NCBI GenBank assembly: GCA_964016885.1
Contig: OZ024741.1
Span: 51,646,001 to 51,710,000 of the forward strand
DNA from: Eledone cirrhosa
Lineage: Eukaryota
Length of the DNA stretch: 64,000 bases
Direction of reading: 5' to 3'
Below, piece after piece: positions 11,881 through 24,409 of this stretch. The position numbers and the translations under genes are program-made. Below the pieces are notes generated by a model, which saw only the letters and a list, made by a program, of their open reading frames with translations, was not told the origin of the DNA and did no database searches. The number at the start of each line of letters is the position of its first letter. Positions within the stretch are counted from its first letter, which is position 1.

Positions 11881-13242
11881 TTATATATAGGGTTTAAAGT
11901 TTTGGAAAGAGTGTCGGAAGCGGTGTTGGCAAGATGCGAACACTTCTGATTTTTTATTAAGGAGATTATGGTTAGAGAAGATGATAGTATGGGTCTCTAG
12001 TAGACAGAGGTTACAAAATTTATTAGGTGGTTTGTACGATGTTGCACTACCTACCACTTCCCATTTAAGTGTATATAGTTTATTTTTAGTTTTTAGATAG
12101 TGTATGTAGCTAGATAGTGAAGTGGAGTTGGCTAGACTGTGTTTCTTGAAAGAGTGGAGATGCGAATTGTATCTAGTTTTGAAGCAGTTAGAAGTAGAGC
12201 TTATATAGGTTTCAGAAGAGTTGTTAGTTGTGACTGTACATGAGTATATGATGTCCTTGGTTAAGCATTTTTTATCTAAAGGGCAGGTTCTATTTGATCT
12301 ACAGTTACAATTATTCTGGGTGTTAGTCTGCCGGTTACTATGCTGTGTAGAAGTCTGGATGTTAGCTATAGGGTTATGGTTATGTGGGTTGTCATTCGCA
12401 GCGTTATTGTTTACACTAGTACTATTACTATTGATATTAGGGTTAGTTGCTATAATGTTATTTTGAATGTTATTTTGAAGGTTTATCGTCTGTTGTGATT
12501 TCGTTTGTTGGAAGTAAGAATTAATTTTTCTTTTATTGCTACTAGCTATGTGGTATGCTAAGTTAGGCGTAGTAGAGTATGAGATTTTAATAGTGTTTTT
12601 GTTTAAAAGGCTATGGTACTTGTGGCCGGATGGGAAGTTTTTATCTAGTAGTGAGAAGAAAACCCTAGGTAGGTTGGTAGAGACGTTTAGATTGAAAGGA
12701 GGGTTGAAAAATGTATTATTTCTTCTTCTATTTCTGTTTTTTATGTCTGGTGATTTGTTTCCTTTTATGCTATTATGGTAATTTCTGTGGTGTAGGTTAC
12801 TTTTGTTGTTATCATCTCTATTAGTGTGTGTGTGTGGTTGCTATTCCTATTATTAAATTTTCTCATGGACATGTGTGAAATAATGTTGTAGCTATGCGTT
12901 TTTGTAGGTAGGAACTCTATCCCTGTATTATGGCCTGATCTAGCTAATGCCTGATTATAATACTGCGAGTTATTGTTAAATGTGTTTACGTCATAGGATA
13001 GTTTAGAGATTCTATTAGATACTCCCTTAGAGATAGAGTTTAATATAGATCTAGGGTGGTTAGACTTGGTATCTACATAGATGAGTTTTTCATTAGGTTT
13101 GTGGAAGGGTGCATATATCATTGAGTCTAGGTAGAGTGTGGCGTCTAGGAAGTTGACGTTTTTAGTGTTTTTGTCCATGGTAATACTAAGGTTATAGTTT
13201 TTGAATGTTTTGTGCAATAGTTTTCTAGTTCTTTCTATATTG

Positions 13243-13245
<3 letters not shown>
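11881..13245 (-). pseudogene. Penelope-like element B: RT thumb + GIY-YIG, frameshifted, 5'-truncated
   Basis: VNFLDATL..PFHKPNEKLIYVDTKSNHP; after a frameshift FFNPPFN..TIKISYSTTPNL..CNCRSNRTCPLDKKCLTKDIIYSCTV..TYISST..CNLC..LNKKSE..CQH, stop at 11883-11881. Confidence 0.9.
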
Positions 13246-13318
<73 letters not shown>

Positions 13319-13422
13319 CTCGAGGCTAGAAAAACTATTATTAAGTTTGATAACTGCTACTATATGTATATATAACTATAACTATATGTATATATATATG
13401 TATATATATATATGTATATATA

Positions 13423-14899
13423 TATTATTCTCGAGGCTAGAAAAACTATTATTAAGTTTGATAACTGCTACTGGGAACGTAAGGACAGGCCCACAAACTT
13501 CGACATTACCATGGGTTCCAACGACTCAGCGGAGGTCACGGATCTTGTGGGAATTTACATAGCCCACATACTACATAATAAATTTAGTAATCTACAGGAG
13601 GGGATATACAAAGATGACAGGCTCTTATTAGTTAATAACTTGAATAACCAAAATCTTGAAAGGCTACGGAAAAATATTAGAAAATCTTTTAGTGAACTGG
13701 GTCTAAAAATAACATACAAATGCAATCTTAAAGTAGTAAACTTTCTGGACGTAACTCTTAATTTAAATACCGGACAGATACGAACCTTCCACAAGATGAA
13801 TGAGAACCTTACGTATATTAACTTTAACTCAAACCACCCACTCTCCATGATCAAATCGGTTCCCCGGAGTATTTCTCTTAGAATCTCTCGCCTATCGTCT
13901 AACTCTGATATTTTCAGTAAACACGCTGAATACTACAATAATGCATTAAGGAATGCCGACCACCGGGATACAATAGAATACATTGATAGGAATCTCCATA
14001 ACACACATAGCTCTACACGAAATCAAGGAATACGTAACCGGGGGACTAAAATACAAGCGCACACACACAGTACTACCAGACATACTAATAATAGAAAATC
14101 ACCACCAAATAAATCACGTTGTAGAAAGTATATCTGGTACAATCCTATTTTTAATGCCTCGATTAGTACAAAACTATCTCTTTCATTCTTTAAGTTAATC
14201 AACAAACATTTCCCTAGTTCCCATAAATACAGCAAAATTCTGAACTCTAAAACTATTAGACTATCATACTCCACGGCACCAAACCTTGAAGCATACATAA
14301 AAAAACTTAACTTAAATCAATTAAACAACTCTACAAAACAAACTATTTTAGTAACAGATGGGCAGAACGTAATATCTACCTCCCAACCACTAAATGGGAG
14401 ACGGGTATTACACAATCCACCTGTACTGCTATCACAACCTATCCATGGTATACCCGCTACCCACAACAAAGAATATAACTGCCATCTACCTGAAAGATGT
14501 CCATTGAAGAATGAATGCCTAAAGTCTAACATTGTTTACCAATGCACGGTTGAATCGAACGACCAGAAATGGTATTATATCGGATCTACCACCACCTCGT
14601 TTAAATCTCGCTGGTACCGTCATCGATTCTCAATCAAACATCCTAATCACCGTTTTGTGACCACGCTCGCCAACAAGACCAGGCAACTCCGTGAACGCAA
14701 CCAACAGTTCACCTTAAAATGGGATATACTTTCCAGCGCAAGTGCATATCGGAGTGGATTGAAGTACTGCAGGTTATGTAACCTTGAACTGTTTTACATA
14801 TTAAAATCCAAAAACAAACTACTTAACGATAGAATTGAACGATCATTATACTGCAACCACAAACTAAAAGCTAAATTCTCTCACTATAAAATAACTTAA
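13423..14899 (+). pseudogene. Penelope-like element C: 5'-truncated RT (C-terminal half) + GIY-YIG, open frame
   Basis: [76 protein letters not shown]. The ORF-track Met comes from the upstream microsatellite. Confidence 0.92.
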
Positions 14900-15380
14900 C
14901 ATTCGAACCCGTAACTACAATATCGCTTTCTAGCTAACCACCTTCTCTTCCCCCACACTACAAGACAATACACTGCTTATCACTATAAATGGTAACTCAG
15001 TGCAATTCGCAGATTACTACTACAAACCCAAAGTTCACTCACCACATTGACTTCGTCTGTCCCCTCTCTACCTCTCTCTCTACATCCATTACACTCACTC
15101 TCTCTCACCTTTGGCCTACCTCCCTCTCCACATCTATGAACATGCCCTCTGGGGCAATAAATAATTCCGACCTTAACTATCAACGCATCTCTCTAAAAGT
15201 AACCAGTATAATAAAACCCCTACCATAACATTTTGATTAAGATATCTACAAACCACTCTCTCCTATTTCTCCAACCCCTGCATATCTTTCTCTCTCTCTC
15301 TACTTTTCTCTCTTCCTTTTCTACTCTATCTTCTCCAACAACCCCACTTAAGGGTATTTACATTGTACATTTTACCATTC

Positions 15381-15492
15381 TGCTCTGAGGATACAGTGGT
15401 CACAGCATTGGATATTTGAGTTCTGCAAATAGTTGTAAATTTGCACATAGCATAACTAGGCTGTAGTACCACCGTGGTAACATTTGTAAGCA
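15381..15492 (+). ncRNA. Degenerate type I hammerhead fold in the pLTR of element C
   Basis: TGCT-CTGAGGA-tACAGTGGT..(long insert)..ACCACCGTg-GTAA-catttg-TA-AGCA; GAAA is mutated to GTAA. Confidence 0.6.
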
Positions 15493-15689
15493 CACGGAAT
15501 AAATTACCTTTTTATGATGTCTACCTGTTATTATTCATTCTTTATATACACTCCGGAATACAGAAGGATCAGGAACTAAGTTTCTTCAACAATTCTTCCA
15601 TAACTCGTAGAGTAACCTCTCACCGTACGTCAACCATATCCAGTGTAGTAATTAACCATTACTACATCTTGGATAATCCTATACCTAAT

Positions 15690-16265
<576 letters not shown>

Positions 16266-16324
16266 CTGTGAATGTGTCTGTAGACACCTGAAATATAGCT
16301 TAAGAGAAACATGACAATAAGGAC

Positions 16325-17266
16325 AGGAAACCTAATGACAATCTGCACTACATCCACCGCCGATCAAACCATCCTAGGAACATCACAAACAACCTGGTCA
16401 AAAACATCTCCCTCCGCATATCCCGTTTGTCAGCTAATGAGCGGATATTCGATGAACATGCGCCTTATTACAATCAGGCCCTCAAGCGGAGTGGTTTCCG
16501 GGAGGAAATATCCTACTGTCCAGCTCCCATTAGCGGAACCAGCAGGAGACACCGCCGCTCACGCAATGTAACATGGTTCAATCCTCCCCACAACGCAGAG
16601 GTGACAACTCCCATCGGGAAACTATTCTTTAGGCTCATTGAAAAACACTTCCCATTACAACACCGCTACCACAACATAATTAACAAAAATACCATCAAAC
16701 TCTCTTACAGCACTACACCAAACTTCGCACAAAACATCGTCTCCTCTAACAACAAAAAACTCAACCCCGATGGCAGAAATAACCTAAATAGCAGTGGAGA
16801 ACCGACCAGGAGGTGTAACTGCCCGGATAGATCTATTTGCCCACTCGACAATAGATGCAGAGACCGTAATGTGATCTACCAGTGCAACGTGAGGACGGAT
16901 ACCTCCAACAAAGCCTATATAGGACTTACCGCATGTGACTTCAAGACCCGGCTATACCAACATAGACATACCTTCCGAAACCCGGCCCGGCGTCACGCCA
17001 CTACACTTTCGGGCCACATATGGGACCTCAAGGACAACAACATCACCTATGATCTCACTTGGAGATTACTGTCCAGAGCCAATTCTTACACGGGAGGACG
17101 CCGTCCGTGCAATTTATGCTCGGAGGAAACTTTACAAATGCTGTTTTCGACGGACCAACTCCTAAACAAGAAAGATGAACTGGTTACTGCATGTAAACAT
17201 AGATTGCGTAGGACTTACCTCGCCCTCAAACCCCATAATGACCCGGGGGGGGGGGGGGTAGACTAG
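16325..17266 (+). pseudogene. Penelope-like element D: thumb/linker + GIY-YIG, 5'-truncated, open frame
   Basis: RKPNDNLHYIHRRSNHP..WFNPP..TIKLSYSTTPN..CNCPDRSICPLDNRCRDRNVIYQCNV..AYIGLT..FKTRLYQH..CNLC..CKH, followed by a CT-rich pLTR to about 18393. Confidence 0.92.
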
Positions 17267-18287
17267 GGCTATAACACCCCACTTGCCGATTTTGCAATGG
17301 GTAACCCCTGCTTGCCAAGGAAGACGTAAGATCTTCTTTGTATTCTTTTATCGCTTCCTTTATTTCCCCCCTCTCTCCTTAGTCCTTCTACCCCAGCTCT
17401 TCTCCTTTGTCGGCGTCTTTTCTCGCCCACCCGAGGCTGCCCTTTGGCCCCATGTAGCCTTAGTACCCCCACCCCCCTCCCCTAGTCTATGATAGATTTG
17501 GCGGACTCCGCCCTTTATAGCAGTTGGCTTAGACCCCGGATACTTGCCCCCTTTTTCTGACCGCTCCCACTATTCTCTGTGCCCTCTATATTTCTTAGTG
17601 GCACTTATGCCTTATTTTTTCGTTTCAGTATTTCTTGCTTCGCTTTTCTTCTGGGCGGGGTGGATTCTGAATTTATTTCTCCGTATTCTACCTTTATTTC
17701 GTACGAACTTTCATGTAGCTTGTTTTAGATCTTTTAGAGTTAGCATTAGTATATATTTTTCTCGGGACTCAGTATTATTATCTCGTACAAGTTCACTTTG
17801 CTGCACTGGGTCGTTGCTGGCCCGGGATGGAAACCTTTATTGTTTATTTCGTGGTAGTCTCTTTAGTATTTTGGCCCCTTTTGTTGACCCGTCACCGTAT
17901 CATTTACGTACTTATACCTCTTAAAAGGGTCCTTGCCTATTCCGTCCCACCTAGTTCTTTTACTTATTTCGTTATTTCTTTCTTTATTTCTTTCTTTACT
18001 TCTTTCTTTCTTTATTTTATTCTAGCCTAACAATAGCCTGAGACCTAGGTCGTAGAATTTAATTTACTTTACTTTTTTCTTTACACTTATTTGCTTTTCT
18101 TCACTCTCAGTATTTTTTCTTTCCTATATATTTCTACCCCCCATTGTTCTACCTACCGTTCCGACTTCCTCCCCCTCCCCCTCCCCTCTTTCTCCTACTG
18201 GCAGGTTTAGCCACCATCTCCCCTACTAATTTGCAACCACAGAATTACTACTGATTTTTGACAATCACTTTGACCATATATGGAATT

Positions 18288-18381
18288 ACCCCTTGAGAAG
18301 ATCGGCTATTTAAATACCAGGATAAATTTTCATTTAGTCCAGAATTAGCCGTCGAAACGGCTTGAGCTCAGCTGTCGAGGT
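18288..18381 (+). ncRNA. Type I hammerhead with compensatory U3-A8 core and near-palindromic stem III
   Basis: ACCCC-TTGAGAA-GAtCGGCTA...TAGCCGTC-GAAA-cggcttgagctcagctG-TC-GAGGT. Confidence 0.72.
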
Positions 18382-18391
18382 CTTACTGGTT

Positions 18392-18439
<48 letters not shown>

Positions 18440-18505
18440 CATAGCTGTCCCACCAATTACACCACAATACACATATACGCCCACGCACAATAAATTGGGC
18501 CGTTG

Positions 18506-18568
<63 letters not shown>

Positions 18569-18610
18569 TCATCTCATATACCACTACAAAAATATATTTT
18601 GTTTGTCACA

Positions 18611-18706
18611 TCGCCAGTCTGATGAGCAGATCGATACTGGGATGGGTCCATAACTCCTATGGGTTACCTTGAGCCAATCTTCTGCGAAACGCACGTAACA
18701 GGTCGA
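18611..18706 (+). ncRNA. Type I hammerhead with canonical core in a solo pLTR fragment (about 18562-18760)
   Basis: tcgccagt-CTGATGA-GCAGA...TCTGC-GAAA-CgcacG-TA-acaggtcga; the fragment is bounded by (TA)n. Confidence 0.75.
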
Positions 18707-18758
18707 TACACAATAAATATTTTTTATATGTAAACAAAACTTCCTCGTTTTTTTCTAT

Positions 18759-18828
<70 letters not shown>

Positions 18829-18830
<2 letters not shown>

Positions 18831-19050
18831 CACAGTCCATGCTGTAATGAGGTCATGTAGGTAACACGGTAAAAAGCTCCCAGTCCACACTGTAAATGTG
18901 GTTGGTGTTAGGAAGGGCATCCAGCTGTAGAAAACCTGCCAGATAGTCCTATACGAGGGAGGCACGGTCATCCAACCAATCTTGTCTCAAATGGGACAAT
19001 TCCCCTCTAACCCATGCTAACGTGGAAGATAGACGTTAAACGATGATGAT
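18829..19050 (+). mobile_element. 5'-truncated copy of the RTE 3'UTR
   Basis: Colinear with about 6195-6420 (cacagtcca.gctgtaatg..cacggtaaaaa.ctcccag..ggaagggcatcca..gacgttaaacgatgatgat). Confidence 0.9.
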
Positions 19051-19134
19051 ATATATATATATATATATGGAAAATGGCGTGCTGCGTTGTTGCGAACATG
19101 AATATATGAATAAAAATAGACAAGGGTTAAAATG

Positions 19135-19194
19135 TCCTCTTCAGTAGTCTGTTGATTTATCATTGGTATTTCAACGCATTAAAGACTAGATACC
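19135..19194 (-). ncRNA. Candidate reversed-order hammerhead-like motif, copy 2 (all core nucleotides canonical)
   Basis: Minus strand GGTAT-C-TAGTCT-ttaatgcgtt-GAAA-TACC-aatgataaatcaac-AGACTA-CTGAAGA-gga, downstream of a minus-strand CT-rich pLTR-like tract (about 19540-19200). Confidence 0.55.
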
Positions 19195-19678
19195 TAAAAT
19201 CAGTGCGAGCGATAACTCAATTAAGTTATCGGGACAGTGGGAAAACGGAGGGAAGGAAACAAACACATGGTGGTATGCAACGAAAAGAGAGGAAAATAGG
19301 GACAAGTCAATGAATCACGTGGGCTTAAGCCCGACATATCAAATTGACGAGGAGAAATAGACACGTCCGAGCCGAGAGAAGATTGAGAGAGGAAAGAAAT
19401 TCAAGCAGGTCAGACGGGAGGAAGTGAGAGGAGGGGATAAGCAGAGAAGGAGTGAGTGAAAGTGGGAGGAAGGACCAGCTGAGAGTGAGTGACCAGCAGC
19501 GGGAGTTGAGGAAGGCAAGAGGTGAAGGAGTACAAATTAGCCGAGTAACATTTTGTATTTCACTTATAGTTTTATCATATGTATGTATTGGTATAATAAC
19601 ACCCTCAACCACCAGTTTAGCAATAACCATGCCAAGTGGAGATAACTCCACAAAGTGACAAGACAAGTATTTACTCAC

Positions 19679-19924
19679 TATATATGCTCAACGATGAAAG
19701 CCGTTTGGTAGTAAACGAACGTTGTCCTATAATGTTTGGTAGTACTTCATTGTAGAAAATATGCTGTAGCTCGGCACAGATGATCTTGCGTGTTTCCTGG
19801 AACAGCTTTTCATCATCCCAGTGTGGGTTAAGGCTTGCAAGTTGGCTAGCATGCCAGTTATGTTCTCTCAACCAAATAGTATGCATTACAGCAAGGGCAG
19901 GGTTCTCGTTTACACGTTCATCAC
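19679..19924 (-). CDS. Animal heme peroxidase (peroxidase-cyclooxygenase superfamily) internal exon, 246 bp
   Basis: tgtcag|GT GAT GAA CGT..TAT A|gtgagt; encodes [55 protein letters not shown]; phase 1-1. Confidence 0.93.
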
Positions 19925-20209
19925 CTGACATTTAATAAAATAATACAAAACTGTTTCATGTTGTTCTTAAATATTTGTAGATTGTTGCTGTCAATGCTGT
20001 TATTGTTGTTAATGTTGTTAATGTTATTGTTGTTATTGTTGTTCAGCCTCTGACCCAGCAGTCTTATAATAAACGACAATCCTGCCATGACCAACACATC
20101 TTATTTTTATACATTTCTCCACTTAGGGATAAAAGGCCAGAATCCATGACCTTTTATCCCTTTATTTTTTTCATGACCTCTGAGATAGGTTAAAGGAAGC
20201 TATCCTCAA

Positions 20210-20605
20210 ACTGCAAATTAGCATATGAGGACCAGGCATTCTTTATGTAAATGGAGTTCCACTGAAGCAGGTAGAGAAGTTCAAGTATCTCGAGGATGTG
20301 TTCATCAGTGATGGAAGGCCACCTGCCTTCCATCACTTATTGAGAGATCACAGCTCTGATACTATGGGCATGTGGTTAGAATGTATCAGGAAAGAATCAG
20401 TGGACAGATTTTATGGGCAAAACCAACCGGCAGAAGACCCAGAGGTAGAGCCCAAGCAAGATGGTTGGATAACATCCATAAGCTTGGCTGGTCTTGCTTG
20501 GGGATCCAGCCGGATCAGTTGGAGATGGTTGCTTCTAACAGGACCTGCTGGAAGGAGTGTTTGAGGACTCTGTCACCATGACCCTCTCAGAAATAATAAT
20601 AATAA
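20210..20605 (+). mobile_element. Degenerate 3' fragment of a second RTE-like LINE
   Basis: LKQVEKFKYL..YYGHVVRM..PTGRRPRGRAQARWLDNI, followed by an (AAT)n tail. Confidence 0.8.
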
Positions 20606-20804
20606 GAAGAAGGAGAAGGAGAAGGAGGAGGAGGACCAATACATGGTGGTGGTGCTAAACCAGTCATGAGAAAAAAAACTCAAATTGGAGATTGGCATAT
20701 GAGTATCAGATGATGGTGCTAAATCACCCATCAGAATAAATCTACCACTCAAGAACTCAAAACACAAGGAGCTCAAACAAATACTGCAATGCAATCTCAT
20801 TCCG

Positions 20805-21060
20805 TGAAGGTGGTAAGGGTGTTGAACTTATGATCATAATGTTGTGGGTTTAATTCCTGGACCAGTTGTGTGTTTTGTTCTTCAGCAAAATCACTTCATT
20901 TTGCATTGCTCCAGTATACTCAGCTGATAATGAGTACCAGCATTAGCTGGGGATTTAACCCTGTGATAGACTGGTGGCTTGTCCTGAGGGGTGGGTTGGG
21001 TCTTGTACTCTCATGCCATGAAAATTGGGATAAGTACAGGCCTGCTGGCTTGAGACTGAC
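20805..21060 (+). mobile_element. Old tRNA-derived SINE with Meta-like domain
   Basis: gtgggtttaattcc B-box remnant; cattgctccagtatactcagctgataatgagtacc resembles the central domain of 641-941. Confidence 0.6.
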
Positions 21061-21249
21061 TTAGACTTATGATCTCACCCCATGCTCTAATAATTCCACC
21101 GATTCCCCACCCTCAACTGGTATCAACCCCAAAGCCCTAATATATCTAGAAATACATATCAAATGTGTCTTATAGTGTGTAGTGGGAGCCTGAAGTTGTC
21201 AATAATAGCCTTGTTATTTATTCCAGTGCAAACTAGGTACATCACCACC

Positions 21250-21716
21250 TCCTTGGAACGAAGATGGGTGAGATACGCAGTGATATACATATAGAAAACC
21301 CTGGAGGGACTAGCACCAAACTTTGGCATTGAGAGCTGGAATAACCCCCGCACAGGACGTTACTGTGTGGTGCCAAAGGTCCCGTCATTCACACCTAGAA
21401 TAACGAGCAGATATTGCAATAGCCTGGGGTTCAAAAGTCCTCAACTCTTCAACAAGCAGCCAAGAAGTTTGAGAGATCTGCATGGTGTGGATATGAATGT
21501 GGATGTTTTCAAGAAACATCTTGACACTCTGCTATCCAGGATCCCAGATGAGCCCACAGCACGGTACAAAGGTAACCCAGGGGCAGCAGCAACAAACTCC
21601 CTTTTACACCAATGGTCAGCCAACACAGGCTGGAGATAGAACATGTAGCAACAAGGGCGGTGCCCCCAGCATAGCCTCAGCCAGATGACTGGAACAGGTA
21701 AAAGAGTAAAAGAGAA
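21250..21716 (+). mobile_element. 3' fragment of a CR1/L2-group LINE
   Basis: SLERRWVRYAVIYI*KTLEGLAPNFGI..SPQLFNKQPRSLRDL..FKKHLDTLLSRIPDEP..NSLLHQ; short (gtaaaaga) tandem tail. Confidence 0.75.
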
Positions 21717-21739
21717 TATATATATATATATATGTACAT

Positions 21740-21779
<40 letters not shown>

Positions 21780-21881
21780 AATGAGTTATTTGTTTTGTTG
21801 ATTATTCAACAAAGTTAATTTATAACAGATTAGAAGCACTCAACAGTAATTTTCTGGAATATAATTAATATCAATAATATT

Positions 21882-22196
21882 AATAAATGGAAAATATCTT
21901 TATAAAACTATATTCATTTTATTATACATATTTCAAGGGTACCAATATTTTGGTATGCTTTCGTCAGAAAATACTTTTCAGTTTTAACGTTATCCTCGTT
22001 AGCATATTTATCGTGAGTTTTGAATATTTATTCACTATCCACAATGAACTCATAACATTAAGTTCATATGGGGATATGTCACTATCTTTAAACCAAATAT
22101 TGTACTTTATCTGATGAAAGCGTACCAAAATATTGGTACCCTTGAAATATGTATAATAAAATAAATATGGTTTTATAAATATATTTACCATTTATT
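21882..22196. mobile_element. Fold-back/MITE with ~87-bp terminal inverted repeats
   Basis: aataaatggaaaatat..catatttcaagggtaccaatattttggtatgctttcgtcaga vs tctgatgaaagcgtaccaaaatattggtacccttgaaatatg..atatttaccatttatt. Confidence 0.8.
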
Positions 22197-22208
22197 GATA
22201 TATGTGTG

Positions 22209-22240
<32 letters not shown>

Positions 22241-22247
22241 TGCGCGC

Positions 22248-22280
<33 letters not shown>

Positions 22281-22294
22281 TAAATGAAACTTAC

Positions 22295-22408
22295 CTGCAA
22301 TAAAACAAGGGTAGGTCCTGTTTTCAGGCATTAAAGAACATTCCGTGCGATGTTTGGTATCCAATGGTGGGAAATTTTCAGATGCACAGGGAACAATCTT
22401 CATCTGAC
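22295..22408 (-). CDS. Heme peroxidase internal exon, 114 bp
   Basis: cattag|GT CAG ATG..ATT GCA G|gtaagt; GQMKIVPCASENFPPLDTKHRTECSLMPENRTYPCFIAG splices in frame to give the canonical CFIAGDERVNE. Confidence 0.9.
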
Positions 22409-22862
22409 CTAATGTGTAACAACCGATATATAAACCATGAGATGACAGTGGCAGGCAAGAAGTGCTATTGTGTCACTAGTACACCCTTGCAATAGAACAA
22501 GAAGGATCGCTCCCATTGACAAATATTCTGTGTTGATCCTGGCTGCATCCATTCCTTCCAGACAACTCTGGATTTAATGCATGACTTCTGTGTACTGGGT
22601 GCAATTATTGCACCACAGTGCACAGGACATGGAGTAGAAACCAACGATTTTGTTTAGTCCTGGCTAAATTGTTTACACCCGCACATAATCCCAAACTTGC
22701 CACTAATAACTAAATGTGTACACTCTGAATCACGGGCTGGCGCTTTGGAAGTGCAAGTCATGTGAATTCATTGAGCGAGTGGGAAAGTTCAATGTACTAG
22801 CATAAACACAGTTTGTCTAGTTTGATACACATATATATATGTGTGTGTGTGTAAATATATAT

Positions 22863-23715
22863 ATCATCATCATCATCATCATCACCGTTTTATGTTCATT
22901 TTTCCACACTACCATAGGTTAGACGAGTTGTTCTGTTGTGAGCAATGCTAGGTCAGGTGACCATGTCTTGCTTTTTGTCATGTCACCAACATGACAACTT
23001 AAAAGTGTGGACTGGGTGTTTTTTACCATGTCATCATCACAACCACTTTACAGTGTGGGCTGGGCGCTTCACTATATATATATATGAAAGAGCAAATAGG
23101 GAAATTACACAAATTAATATACAACTCTACCTATTTATTAAGTTTTGTTTCTGATGTTTGCATAGCCAAACACACCTACCTACTTATCTATTTCTCTCTT
23201 TGTCTCTTTGGATATATATCAACAGTCAATTGAATCTCCTCTGTGAGTCTTAATGATTTGAGGTTAGCTCTCAACACCTCTACCCAGCTCTTTCTTGGTC
23301 TACCTTTACAGCAGCTTTCATCCACTGGCAATTCCTGGCATTTTGTCACCCATCGATCATCATTCATGTACGTCACATGTCCGTACTAATGCAGTCTTCT
23401 CTCCTGCACACCGCCTCAGATACCTCTTAAACCCAGCTTCTCCTTCAGTTCATCCAAGCTGTATGTATTATATGTGTGTGAAGTGTGTGGTGGTGGTGGT
23501 GGACAAAATGATGCTTTGCCATATTTTCGTATCAAACATATTGGATATATTCATATCTGTAATCTCCAATAAAATCACAGGCACAGCATGATGTCTCCTT
23601 TATCTCCTTATTTGGTAGCAGATATGAAAGTTGGATATGAGATGGTGATAGTCTGTTGCCAGCCCTCAACATTTCTGTCATATGTATAATCTTCACCAAA
23701 TATGCAGATACATCT
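22863..23715 (-). mobile_element. Old fragmented RTE copy (tail 22863-23070, ORF C-terminus about 23230-23460, upstream remnant about 23560-23715)
   Basis: (GAT)n tail on the minus strand; YGHVTYMNDDRWVTKC..KGRPRKSW matches the C-terminus of 2853-6023; TEMLRAG resembles AEMLKASG. Confidence 0.7.
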
Positions 23716-23718
23716 ACA

Positions 23719-24088
23719 AAACACCACAACACCACTACAACACCACCACACCACTACAACACCACTACAACATCACCACACCACTACAACACACAACACT
23801 ACTACAACACCACTACAACACCACAACAACACTACAAAACTCCACAACACCACCACCATATCACTATAACACCACTACAACACCACCACTCCACTGAAAA
23901 AACACCACAACACCACTACAACACCACTAAAACACCACCACACCACTACAACACCATATAACACTATAAAACACTGCAACACACCACAACACCATCACAC
24001 CACTACAACACCACAACACCACAACACTATAACACAACAACACCACAACAATACCACACCACTACAACACCACTACAACACACCACAA
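23719..24088. repeat. Degenerate (CACCACTACAA/CACCACAA)n low-complexity repeat
   Basis: Direct inspection. Confidence 0.9.
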
Positions 24089-24226
24089 TAGGGTGTTGGG
24101 TGTTCAGGCATGGGTTGAGTGTTAAGACATGGGAGGTGCAAAAGCTCCTGTAAAACAAAAAGACATGGGCAGTAGCCTTGCCATTTCTTATAAATAATAG
24201 ATCATATCAGAACGAACAACACCTAC

Positions 24227-24328
24227 CTTTACGTTTGAGCCGGAGTTGTTGAAGTTCCTCTTCACTGCTACCATACACAGCAGATCCATCGAGGAAGCTT
24301 GATACTTCGTTGAGTTGTTCCCGGACAT
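24227..24328 (-). CDS. Heme peroxidase internal exon, 102 bp (not in the ORF-track frame)
   Basis: tatcag|AT GTC CGG GAA CAA..CGT AAA G|gtaggt; VREQLNEVSSFLDGSAVYGSSEEELQQLRLKRKG matches the Ca-binding RxQxNxxT/SxFxDxSxVYG motif. Confidence 0.93.
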
Positions 24329-24409
24329 CTGATATAAATTGGGTGGAAGATAAAAGGGGAGATAATAATGAAACAAGACTAATCTTCTTTAAAAATAAAT
24401 AATAATGAT

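Noticed and set aside
22474-22800. CACTA-type MITE (cactagtaca ... tgtactag)
   Set aside because: Only an 8-bp inverted match, the right end lacks the terminal TG, and no TSD is evident.
23656-23961. His/Thr-rich protein ORFs
   Set aside because: Translation of the CACCACAA low-complexity repeat; no splice or homology support.
24188-24376. ORF-track 62-aa peptide
   Set aside because: Wrong frame; the real coding signal is the peroxidase exon 24328-24227 in another minus-strand frame.
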